This document shows, piece by piece, positions 1 to 10,746 of a DNA stretch of 18,921 nucleotides. Both the position numbers and the translations under genes were made by a program. Numbering within the stretch: position 1 is the stretch's first letter; each line of letters begins with the position of its first letter. The DNA comes from Octopus sinensis (lineage: Eukaryota): assembly GCF_006345805.1 (NCBI RefSeq), contig NW_021824421.1:1-18921 (forward strand). The letters run 5' to 3'. The notes beneath the pieces are model-generated. The model did no database searches, was not told the origin of the DNA, and saw nothing but the letters and a program-made list of their open reading frames with translations.

Positions 1-89
<89 letters not shown>

Positions 90-124
90 CATCTATCTAT
101 CTACCTACTTACCTACCTACCTAC

Positions 125-178
<54 letters not shown>
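1..178. repeat. (CTAT)n tetranucleotide microsatellite with a (CTAC)n interruption
   Basis: Directly visible near-perfect CTAT array from base 1, with CTAC units at about 101-125. Confidence 0.98.
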
Positions 179-520
179 GTATGTATGTCTGTTTGTCTCT
201 CTGTCTATCTACCTGTTTGTTCCTCCGCCTGTCTTTCTGTTTGTCTGCCTGTCTATCTGTTTATATGTCTGTCTATGTATGTATATATCTATCTGTTTGT
301 CTGTCTATCCATATGTCTGTCTGTATGCTTGTTTGTCTGTCTGTCTGTCTGCCTGTCCATCTGTCTGTTTTTCTTCCTATTTGTTCGTCCGTCTGTCTGC
401 CTTCTTGTTTGTCTGCCTGTCTATCTGTTTATTTGTCTGTCTGTCTATGTATGTATGTACCTATCTGTCTATCTGTTAGTCTCTCTGTCTAGGTGTCTGC
501 CCATGTGTCTGTCTGTCAGT
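179..520. repeat. Degenerate (TGTC/CTAT)n low-complexity tract
   Basis: Repeated tctg/tgtc/ctat units. Source of the SVCL-type ORFs at 181-706. Confidence 0.9.
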
Positions 521-553
521 CTTTCCCTCTTTCGCTGCATACATTTATACATA

Positions 554-603
554 CATGCATACATGTACATGCATACATGTACATGCATACATGTACATGC
601 ATA
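554..603. repeat. 14-bp tandem repeat (CATGCATACATGTA) x3.6
   Basis: Exact units at 554-567, 568-581 and 582-595, partial at 596-603. Confidence 0.9.
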
Positions 604-1026
604 TACACATAAACACACACACATAAATGTGTGTGAGTGGTATATATATATGTATATATATATATGCGTTTTCATCAGTAAGCTTGTGTTATGTGCATGT
701 GTATAAGTGTAGAAGCGCACATCACTGCGCACGTGTGTGTGTGCTGGACACGCATTTCTGTCTCTGTGTGCAAATTTAAAAGTTCCCGGACTTATCAAAT
801 GCAAACAGGAAGCAAATTTCGCGCCCGCTTCCCCACTCACGAAATTAATTACGGGAAATGTCAAAATAATCGGAGGTTAAAGATTAAATAATGATTGATC
901 AGATTATGATATAGAAAGATATACGGTGGAGGACTAACGATTAATGTCCACAACAGACGATGAAGTGAGATAGCATAGAATAACACTTCCAGCTACTTTA
1001 TATGTATGTGTGTGTGTGTTTTACGT

Positions 1027-1120
1027 GTTTCAGACTTTGGACTGCGCCCATGCTGGTGCAACACTTTCGAGGTTTTGGGTTGTACGAATGGCCGCAGTCA
1101 AATGACTGAAACAAATAAAA
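1027..1120. mobile_element. Two inverted SINE 3'-end fragments
   Basis: 1027-1051 and 1088-1112 are reverse complements (21/25). The right arm matches the SINE tail CATGGCCGCAATCCAATGTCTGAAAC seen at about 16640-16665. Confidence 0.75.
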
Positions 1121-1260
1121 GGAGAAACGAATAAATAATAAAAAAGAATTATGCAAAATTTATAAATATGATTATTATATTGTAATAAATTTAAAAGGTG
1201 AGAGTTAGAACATTAAAACAAGAAATAAAGTAAAATAATAAAAATATAATATAAAAATTG

Positions 1261-1681
1261 GGATCATTTCGGTTTGAATGGCAGTTTTTTTCTAGCGGTG
1301 TCAAGTGAAATTGTCACCCATAATTATGACCCTAGTTTCGATCTATTGCATTTCAATCTGTTTTAGGGTTAGGGTTAGGAGTGGGGGAAAGGGTATCTTT
1401 TTTCTTCACAAATGTAAATAAAACCAATCTGTTTCTTCAAAGGAGCGACATATTCATACGGCACGGAAGAATAACAGATGATTTTTTAAATTTAGTCATT
1501 GATTGGTTAAATTGGAGAAATTGACGAAAAACAATAACAATATCTTACAGACTATAGAATTTCTCAATAAAGCCATGAGAAAAAGATGTTTGTAAACACA
1601 TTCTACCAGTATACGAAGTTTAATACATTTTTAGTTACCTAAAAATTATGTTAAAAACTGCCGTTCAAACCGAAAAAATCC
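1261..1681. mobile_element. 421-bp non-autonomous DNA transposon (MITE)
   Basis: 29-bp terminal inverted repeats at 1261-1289 and 1653-1681 (26/29 match). Flanking direct repeat AAAATTG at 1254-1260 and 1682-1688. No ORF. Confidence 0.88.
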
Positions 1682-1774
1682 AAAATTGTTGTACAATAAA
1701 TTTAAGAAGAAACTATATTCTATGGATAATTGTTATTGGTTTAGTAAGAGTTACATATGATGTCTTGATTCAAG

Positions 1775-2035
1775 TAGAGATAGATAGAGATAAATAGAGA
1801 TGGAGAACGATAGAGATATATAGAAAGAGAGATAGATAGAGACAGATATAGATACAAATAGAGAAAGATAGAGATAGATAGAGATAGAGAAAGACATAAA
1901 TAGTTAGAGATAGAGATAGAGATAGATGGGGATAGACAGACATAGATAGACAGAGATAGATAGACAGATAGATAAATAGATAGAGAGAGAGAATTTGAGA
2001 GAGAAGAAGGAGAGAGAGAGAGTAAAGGAGAGATA
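1775..2035. repeat. Degenerate (GATA)n/(GA)n purine tract
   Basis: Directly visible. Source of the SLSI-type minus-strand ORFs. Confidence 0.9.
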
Positions 2036-2523
2036 CAGAAATAATCAACACGAGAGCTGTAGGATGAGTGTCTTATAGCTTTCTGATAAAGACGCATTTT
2101 TTAATGGAATTTTGCTGAAATGGTTTCTCGACGGAGTTGTTCGCGACTTCGGAGATAAAATGTAAGAAAAAAATAATAACAACATATATTAAATTGGAGA
2201 TATTCAGATGAGAAATATATTTTATTTTAATTTATTTTAAGGTAATAAATATTTTTCTTTTCAAATTTCGTACTGATGTCATCGTTTTATATAAGAGCCA
2301 AGGATTTTAATAAAAGTTGAATTATAATTATTATTGCAAGGATGCCATATTTCCTGAGATTACCCATGGTAGCAAAAATGTAATTTCAAAGTTCTCCGTC
2401 ATATGACGGTAACACCCGGGTGAGTGCGTGTGTATGTGTGTATGTGTGAGTGTGTGTGTGTGTGTATTATAGATGTATATGTGTGCGTGTGTGTAATATA
2501 TGTATATATACAAATATTATGAT

Positions 2524-2650
2524 TTTCTTGTATCAGTCATCGGATTGCAGCCATGCTGGTGCAACGCTTTGAAGAATTTTTATTCGTGTGGATCGACACC
2601 CGTACTCTTTTTCTTTTAAGCCTAGTACTTATTCTATTGGTCACTTGTTA
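2524..2650 (-). mobile_element. SINE 3' fragment (same type as 9425-9785 and 16404-16682)
   Basis: TCAGTCATCGGATTGCAGCCATGCTGGTGCAACGC...AAGCCTAGTACTTATTCTATTGGTC is the reverse complement of the SINE tail seen elsewhere in the window. Confidence 0.75.
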
Positions 2651-2834
2651 TGTCTTGGTCCCATTCCCGGAAAGTTTCTTGCCGGTGCCTCCAGCGTGGA
2701 TTCAATATTATCGATAATGACCGAAATTGCGCATGGCACTCTGGCCAATAACTGAAGAGGCGTTGGTAACCTTCTGTGTTTTCTGTTCGTTTGTGTATTT
2801 AGTATATGCTCATTTGGTTATTTATTACACGTTT

Positions 2835-2868
<34 letters not shown>

Positions 2869-2943
2869 TTAATATATATATATATATATTATATAATATA
2901 TATATACACATATATGTATATATATTTATATATACATATAAAT

Positions 2944-3020
2944 AGGCTTGTCATATTTTCCGTTTGTTGTATTTTTATTTAATCCTGAAAAAATACATAT
3001 AAAGTAACAAACTGAGCAAA
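2944..3020 (+). repeat. 77-bp direct repeat, copy 1
   Basis: 74/77 identical to 3819-3895. Confidence 0.92.
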
Positions 3021-3599
3021 AGAAATCCTTCAAAGGGGTCTGTTAAACATCTAGTTCACTGGTACTTCAGTTGGATACCATATAAATATTGGTATAATTC
3101 AATAATAAAGATGAATTAAATATAGAGATATTCTATTGACATTCAATAAATTATTTATATTACAATATTACATTAAGTAATATGAATATAATATATAACA
3201 ACATATTATATAAACAATTATAAAAACTGTAAAAGTCCAACAAACTGTTTCGTTATATATATATATATTATTCTGATATACTTAATCACAGTTCGATTAT
3301 ATATAAGTCACTTCAGGGTCAATAGGTTCAGAAAGATGAAATCCCGTCTGGAAAGGGCGGCTGGATTCTAAAGATTTTCTGTACCATTTCTGTAAAGATT
3401 TTCTATAAAGATTTTCTGTACCATTTTCTTTATCCATCCTTCCACCTTAGAGCCTTTCACACATATCATCCCGCCACCCACTCCTCACACATTTTCATTC
3501 CTTCCATTCTTATTTCTTCTAATCCCTCTCCTACGCCTCTCCCATCCCCCTTATAATATCTTGGCCACCAAGTAACATACCTTTTCTTATTTTCTCCTC

Positions 3600-3633
<34 letters not shown>

Positions 3634-3818
3634 CTTCTTTATTCGCCCATTCATTTTAACATACACATCTTTTCTCTCCTCTCTCTCTTCTTAATACCTC
3701 CACTACATCCTCAAAATTTCATTCACACCTTAAAACCCCTTTGAATGAACAGCACATGGAATCTATATCTCCACATTTTCCATTAGTAATGACAAAATAT
3801 ATTTATATATAAATACAC

Positions 3819-3895
3819 AGGCTTGTCGTATTTTTCGTTTGTTGTCTTTTTATTTAATCCTGAAAAAATACATATAAAGTAACAAACTGAGCAAA
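3819..3895 (+). repeat. 77-bp direct repeat, copy 2
   Basis: 74/77 identical to 2944-3020, 875 bp apart. Confidence 0.92.
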
Positions 3896-4001
3896 TCCTA
3901 TATTTTATTTTTTTAGAGCAGAGACAACAAAAGTGAAACCGACGAACGAAGTGAATGCATCAAGTTGACACTCAGTTTAAGATGGAGAGAATGAAGGAAA
4001 T

Positions 4002-4028
4002 GACGTTTCGATCATGGCTCATCGTCAG
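4002..4028 (-). ncRNA. Degenerate minimal hammerhead ribozyme motif (Penelope-type)
   Basis: Minus strand reads CUGACGA-U-GAGC-CAU-GAUC-GAAA-CG-UC. Core is intact, stem II has one mismatch, stem III is the palindrome ACGU, stem I is essentially absent. Confidence 0.5.
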
Positions 4029-4114
4029 AAAGAAGAAAGAAGGGACCAGGGTGAAGGAAAATAATAGTCCAAGAAAAGTATGTGTTATTACATGCCGGAA
4101 TTAACAACGAGTGA

Positions 4115-4138
4115 TACACACACACACACACACACACG

Positions 4139-4172
<34 letters not shown>

Positions 4173-4360
4173 TGTATGTATGTGTGTGTGTGTTTGTGTA
4201 TGTATTTATGTATATATATATATATATATGCATGTATGTATGTATGTATGTATGTATGTATGTATGTATGTATGTATGTATGTATGTATGTATGTATGTA
4301 TGTGTGTTTGTATGTATGTATGTATGTATGTGCGTGTGTTTGTGTGTGTATGTATGTAGT
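4115..4360. repeat. Compound (CA)n-(TATG)n-(TA)n microsatellite
   Basis: Directly visible. Source of the MYVC-repeat ORFs. Confidence 0.95.
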
Positions 4361-4569
4361 ACGTGCTTACATGCATTCAGAAATGTAACAAGGGAAATAC
4401 AAACTAATTAATCAAAGAAAACCATTTTCCAGATGTTTAAGACGCGAGAATGGTTTTGTCTTCTGATTGATTTCACTTTGGAATATTTCTTTAACAAGAG
4501 AAGTATTTATGTACAAGTTTTTCTACGTGCTTTCTGACACATGCATACATTCCAAAATACAGACACTCA

Positions 4570-4647
4570 TAAACACACTCACACATATGTGCATATATAT
4601 ATATATATACACATATATATATGCATACATACGCCACGTTAAATATA

Positions 4648-4725
<78 letters not shown>

Positions 4726-4851
4726 AGTGTGTATATGCATATATATATAAATACATATCATGTCTGGAAAGGCATACATACACTCACAAATAGAAACACG
4801 TGTGCACATATGGGATGTATAAGTATTTATATGTATACATACATAACATAA

Positions 4852-4884
<33 letters not shown>

Positions 4885-5045
4885 TATGTATGTATAGATG
4901 TATATAGACACGTAAGTATATATATATATATATAGCCATTTCCTACATCCTGACACTACCATCGTCACGCACACACACACACATACGCACACACACACAC
5001 ACTACACACACAACACACACACACACACATACACACACACATACA
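4570..5045. repeat. Compound (TA)n/(GT)n/(CA)n microsatellite tract
   Basis: Directly visible. Confidence 0.9.
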
Positions 5046-5407
5046 AACAGCCTTTGCAGCAAGCCTGAAAAACTAAAGAAATTGGCAAATTCTTCAAGAA
5101 CGAACATTGTCCTAATATTGTTTAAGGCAATAAGAAAATTCTTGCTTCGTTTATATCGAAAGACAAAGAAATAAGTCTTTGTGCCAAATTTCATTAGCGC
5201 CAAACAATGGAGAGTTTGAGACAGAGAATTGTATCGTATAAACAGACGGTACTGGTGTAAAATATACACATATACTGGCACACATATGCACACACTCACA
5301 CACACACACAAACACACACAAATACACATGCACCCACAGTTTCTCTTTTTCTTTGTTTCCCTCTATTGTCTTTCTCTCTCTCTTCGCACACACACACACA
5401 CACACAT

Positions 5408-5438
<31 letters not shown>

Positions 5439-5699
5439 AATTTGAAAAAAATAAATCACCTTTCCTCCACTAAAAGAATACAGCGAAGGGATAGAGCGAA
5501 GAATATTTGCCACAATAGCAATAACAACAACAACAACATGAAATACAACGAAAAGAATTACAAAAATATCCAATAAGTAAAAACGATAATAACAAAAGTA
5601 GTAATTACAACAACAACAATAACAACAACAACAATTATGAAAAAATCAAGATGTGTAGGTATGCATGTATCGCCTCTCATATATCATATTTCATATATG

Positions 5700-6300
<601 letters not shown>

Positions 6301-6674
6301 TTTGTGTGCATATAAACACACCAGAAATACTCCCTCACACGCACATTCATGTATGAATTATTCTTATAAAACAGACAGCAACAACAACAAGAACAACAGC
6401 AGCAACGCTTCCTCTCCACTTATACATTAATGTCTAAATCCCTTGATATTTCCTGCTCCAACATTGGTGCTATTTGTAAAATAATTTACTGATTTCAATA
6501 GTTCACCAATAGTGTTGTTGTTGGTGTTGGAGGTGCTCTTTAAATGTTGTTGTGGTCGTTGTTTAGTACTTAATATTTCATAAGCAATATGACCTATGTT
6601 ATAAAAGTTTACAATTAAACGTGTATGCTACGTATACATACTTACGTGTATATATATATATACATATATATATA

Positions 6675-6713
<39 letters not shown>

Positions 6714-6772
6714 TATATATATATATGTATATACTGTCATACACAGTCACGCAAACACATAACACTTTATGA

Positions 6773-6812
<40 letters not shown>

Positions 6813-6846
6813 CCACACACCCACAACATATATATATATATTACGG

Positions 6847-7128
6847 AGATGTACTTGCATAGCAAGTGATTTGATCTGAGATCGTGTGCTGAAACGAAAA
6901 ACATTGCAGCGTGGAAGGTGTTTGTAAGCCATTTAAGAAACACACAAACGCCGTTCGATTCACTTCAACATTTAAGTTTAATTTGTCAAAATTTTTCGTC
7001 GCTTTAAGACCGCGACCTGTTCACTGACAAAAATATTTTGACAAATTAACTTAAATGTTGAAGTGAATCGAACTGCTTTTGTGTGTTTCTTAAATGGCTT
7101 AAAAACACCTTCCACGCTGCAATTGTTT
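6847..7128. mobile_element. Fold-back element (left arm, centre and start of right arm), likely a Penelope-like terminal-repeat derivative
   Basis: 6901-6996 is the reverse complement of 7031-7128 at about 93% by hand alignment. The outer left arm 6847-6910 pairs with about 8077-8140. A hammerhead-like motif lies in the centre. The Penelope link is an inference from that motif. Confidence 0.75.
6982..7031 (-). ncRNA. Variant type I hammerhead ribozyme candidate (G3-C8 core)
   Basis: Minus strand reads UUUGUCA-GUGAACA-G-GUCGC-GGUCUUAAA-GCGAC-GAAA-AAU-U-U/UGACAAA. Perfect 7-bp stem I, perfect 5-bp stem II and GAAA are all in correct register. Confidence 0.65.
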
Positions 7129-7199
7129 ATATATATATATATATATATACATACATATATAATTATTAAGAAGCCAGAGAAGATTAGGAATGTAGGAAT

Positions 7200-7790
7200 G
7201 TAGGCAGGAAGGCACTGGAGTTGTTTGATGACTTCCTGTATCTAGGAGCCAAGATTGGGAACACAGATAGTTGAGAGGAAGAGCAAAGCCTGGGTGGCAT
7301 GGCAGTTTGAGATCTATATGGAAGTCGGACCTTCGTGAAGACCCGAATATCCTTCTCTTCGTTGATGCAGTGGAGTCTGTGCTGTTATACGGGTCTGAGA
7401 CCTGGGCACTGACCAAGAAACCCATTCAGATGGTGGATGAGTGCTACACGAGAATGCTGAGGGTGGCTCTGAATATTAATCAGTAATCACTGAGGCTGAA
7501 CAGCTGTACGAGGGCCTCCCAAAAGCTATCTCGAAAATAACATAGAGGAGATTGAGTTTAGCTGGACATGCTCACCCTCATTCCGTGTTGATATTGCCCT
7601 CAGTGCCCCAGCAGGAGCCCCTGCATGGACACACTGGAAGAGGGAGACCGAGAATGACATATGTTGATACCCTAAAGATAGACACTGGTCTCTAGGATAC
7701 ACAGGGCGTGGTAGAGATGATGAGGGACAAAGACCGCTGTAGAGAACTTGTCCATGGATCTCGGGAGTTTTTTCAGCCCTAGATAGATAT
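7200..7790 (+). mobile_element. 5'-truncated, decayed non-LTR retrotransposon (RTE/RTE-X-like) ORF2 C-terminal fragment
   Basis: Translates across stops and frameshifts as LELFDDFLYLGAKIG, IWKSDL, AVESVLLYGSETWALTK, CYTRMLRVALNI, RRLSLAGH, GRGRPRMTYVDTLKIDTGL, MRDKDRCR. Stop at 7780-7782 followed by a short ATAG tail. Confidence 0.9.
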
Positions 7791-8039
7791 ATATGGCTGT
7801 AAATATATTTTTATGCGTGTGGTGCGTATAAAAATATATATGCGTGTATGCATATATGTGTATATATTATACCTTCATACGCCACATACACACAAACGCA
7901 TACACACAATATGCATATACATACATACAACATATATATATATAATATATATAATATATATATAGATATAATATATATTTACCTATATATAATATATTAT
8001 ATGTATATATATATATATAATATAAATAATATATATGTA

Positions 8040-8140
8040 TTTGTGTGTTTCTTAAATGGCTAAAAACACCTTCCACGCTGCAATTGTTTTCGTTCCAGCA
8101 CACGATCTCAGATCAAGTCACTCGCTATGCAAGAACATCT
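8040..8140. mobile_element. Displaced outer right arm of the fold-back element
   Basis: 8040-8089 duplicates 7078-7128. The rest is the reverse complement of 6847-6900 (AGATGTWCTTGCATAGCRAGTGAYTTGATCTGAGATCGTGTGCTG). Confidence 0.85.
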
Positions 8141-8597
8141 TTAATTTTATATACATATATATATATATATATATAATATATATATTACTATATATAATAT
8201 ATATAAATATTTTATTTTTTTACCTCTCTCTATATATGTATGGATATATATATATGTACATATATATATATATACACACATGCACACACGGATTCACTCA
8301 CACGCACACACACACACATACACACACACAAACACACACACACACACACATATATATAAGCATATATCTAAATATAAATATATATGTGCACACATGTCAT
8401 ATACATACACACTTATACCCACATACATATTTATCTTTTAATTATTCGCAAAAAAATAATAGAGAAGCGATTTCAAAACAAGAACGTGAAAGCGTAATGG
8501 TTGACATTTTTTTGTCCATGGATGACTCAGTGAAGCAGAAAGGAAACAGGCACGAAAGATCACTTCACAACGCTGCACAAAGATAGCTTAATAAAAC

Positions 8598-9030
8598 TGG
8601 TAGTGGTGGTGGTGGTGGTGATGCTGGTGGTGGAGGTGGTGATAGTGGTGGTGGTGGTGATGATAGTGGTGGTGATGTTGGTGGTGGTATTGGTGGTGGT
8701 GATCTATGTGGTGGTGGTGGTGGTGGTGGTTGTGGTGGTGGTGGTGGTGGTGGTGGTGGTGGTAATGGGTAGTGTATGTTGTCAATGGAGATGGTCGTGT
8801 TGTTGGGGGTGTTGACTGCTGATTGTGGTGGTGATGGTGGTGGTGGTGATGACGGTTATGACGCCACTGATAGTGGTGATGGAGGTGGTTCTGTTGATGG
8901 TGTTGGTGGTGAAGGTCACGGTGGTTACGAGTGTATGGCGATAATGGCGGTGTTTGTGTTTGTGATTCTAATGGTAGTGGTTGTCATGATGGCTGTGAGG
9001 ATGGTGGTGGTGTCGGTGTTGTCGTCGTCA
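8598..9030. repeat. (GGT)n/(GAT)n trinucleotide tract decaying rightwards
   Basis: Directly visible. Source of the poly-Val and poly-His ORFs. Confidence 0.93.
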
Positions 9031-9424
9031 TGGCATTTGTTGACATCAACCATTCATCCATTAAAACCAATTCTCAAGTGAAAGGTCAAACTCTATGACC
9101 CACTTTTTATTCCATTTTTCCTGCTTCTTCTTTTATTTGATGTTTTTGTCACCGTCCTTGTTGTTGTTGTTGTTGTTGTTTCTCCCCTCGTACTCCTCCT
9201 TTTCCTCTCCCCCTCCTCCTCTTCCTTTTTCGCCCTTCATTCTTCCAATGACAATAAAATAACAATAAACCAACAATGAATATTAATCGATTTCATTGAC
9301 TAATCTATCCTTAATTTTCTGACCCCGTCCTTACCCTACAAATTATTCTTTTCATAACAAAACCCGACTTTGTCCCTTTCAGCCATTTATCTATTACAAA
9401 GAAAGATTTTCTACCTTTTTAATT

Positions 9425-9785
9425 GTTTTCAATCCTTGGGCTACGGCCATGTTGGGGCATCATCGTGAAGGTTTTTAATCGAACAAATCAACCTCAGTAC
9501 TTACTTTATAATTCTGGGATTTATTCTATCAGTTTATTTTGCCAAACTGCTAAGTTACAGGAACGTAAACAAACCAACACAATGACACACACACGCACAC
9601 ATGTGCACACGCACATACATCCATATACGTTGAGCTTCTGCAGTTTCTGTCTACCGAAATAACTCACAAGGCATTGGCTGGCCCGGAGTCACAGTAGAAG
9701 ACATTTGCCCATGGTGCTGCGGGTTGGATTGAACCCCAAACCTCTAGATTGCAAAGCATGCTTCTTAACCAAAGAGCCATGCCTG
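9425..9785 (-). mobile_element. Near full-length tRNA-derived SINE (CORE-like; resembles octopus OR-type SINEs)
   Basis: Minus strand has a Pol III A-box-like TGGCTCTTTGG (9769-9779), a B box GGTTCAATCC (9726-9735), the CORE-like CCATGGGCAAATGTCTTCTACT, an internal CA tract and the shared 3' tail. The family name is from recall and unverified. Confidence 0.85.
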
Positions 9786-9896
9786 AGCTTATGAAGGCGT
9801 CTCATGCTTATGGAAATAAGCTATGACCGATAAATTTATATATGTGTATATGTTTATGTATACATGAGTAATATAAGTGTATTTGTATATGTACAC

Positions 9897-9959
<63 letters not shown>

Positions 9960-10102
9960 GATATATATCGTTTGTAGAAATCATAAATCCGGAGAAGAAG
10001 CGCACTCTAAGATGTAGAGCAGTGTATATTTTAATTGGGAAGGCCGGTTTATAGAATTACCCTGGGTTTCCCGTTCATAAAGTGTTTAGCTTTAAGGCGT
10101 AT

Positions 10103-10746
10103 CGTCAGACCCCAAAGCCTGAAGTTGATGATGACCGAATCAAAGCCATGTGATTGTGCGAGAGATTGCAGAGAGATTAAATGTCTCACACACAACAATT
10201 AAAATCATTTAAAATGATTTGGACTCGTTAGGAAGCTCGATATTTGGGTTCCACATAAATTCAAAGAGATTGACTTAACACAACGAATCAATATTTGAGA
10301 TATGCATCTCAATTGCAATGAAATCGGCCTTTTTTTGAAACGAATCGTCACTGGTTCTGGAAAATGGATTGTTTACAATAACATCAATCATAAACGATCA
10401 GGGTCCAAGCTTAACGAACCAGTACAAACCTCACCGAAAGCTGAATTGCGTCAAAAAAAGGTCATACCGTCAATTTGGTGGGGTTACAAAGATTTTGAGC
10501 TGTTTCCAAGGAACCAAACGATCAATTCAGATGTTTACTATCAGCAACAATGAAGCTGGAGTATGCAATCAAAGAAAAACAGCCAAAATTGGTAAATTAT
10601 AAAGGAATCGTGTTCCACCATTGCAACACTATCCCACACACGTATTTCTTAACGCGTGAAACATTATTGGAGCTTGGTTGGGAAGTGATGTCACATCCTC
10701 CATATAGCCCTGACCTTGTATCATCAGATTACCATTAATTTCGAAG
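10103..10746 (+). pseudogene. Decayed mariner (Hsmar1/cecropia-like) transposase fragment
   Basis: EVDDDRIKA, WVPH (10245-10256), FLKRIVTGSGKWIVYNN, GIVFHHCN, LGWEVMSHPPYSPDL (YSPDL at 10703-10717), SSDYH. The first two catalytic Asp are lost (TGDE to TGSG, HDN to HCN), with stops and frameshifts. Confidence 0.93.

Noticed and set aside
181-706. Long ORFs of SVCL/VCLS repeats
   Set aside because: They are translations of tetranucleotide microsatellites with no protein-like content.
2394-2426. Strong GTGAGT donor after a short open segment
   Set aside because: The donor is the start of a GT microsatellite, and the acceptor is weak.
3244-3320. Possible further hammerhead remnant (minus: CUGAAGUGACUUAUAUAUAAUCGAACUGU)
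   Set aside because: It needs changes at A9, in GAAA and in stem II, and no stem I is present. Too degenerate to call.
3917-4077. Apparent plus-strand exon (ttttttag acceptor, gtatgt donor)
   Set aside because: All three frames contain stops, and the segment is better explained as a repeat remnant carrying the hammerhead motif.
4418-4457. 12-bp imperfect hairpin
   Set aside because: It is isolated, AT-rich and expected occasionally by chance.
5046-5173. Protein-like short frames and a possible 20-nt minus-strand microexon
   Set aside because: No recognisable homology, and the putative donor is part of the adjacent CA repeat.
8588-9081. Poly-His, poly-Val and Gly/Asp-rich ORFs
   Set aside because: They are reading frames of the (GGT)n/(GAT)n tract.
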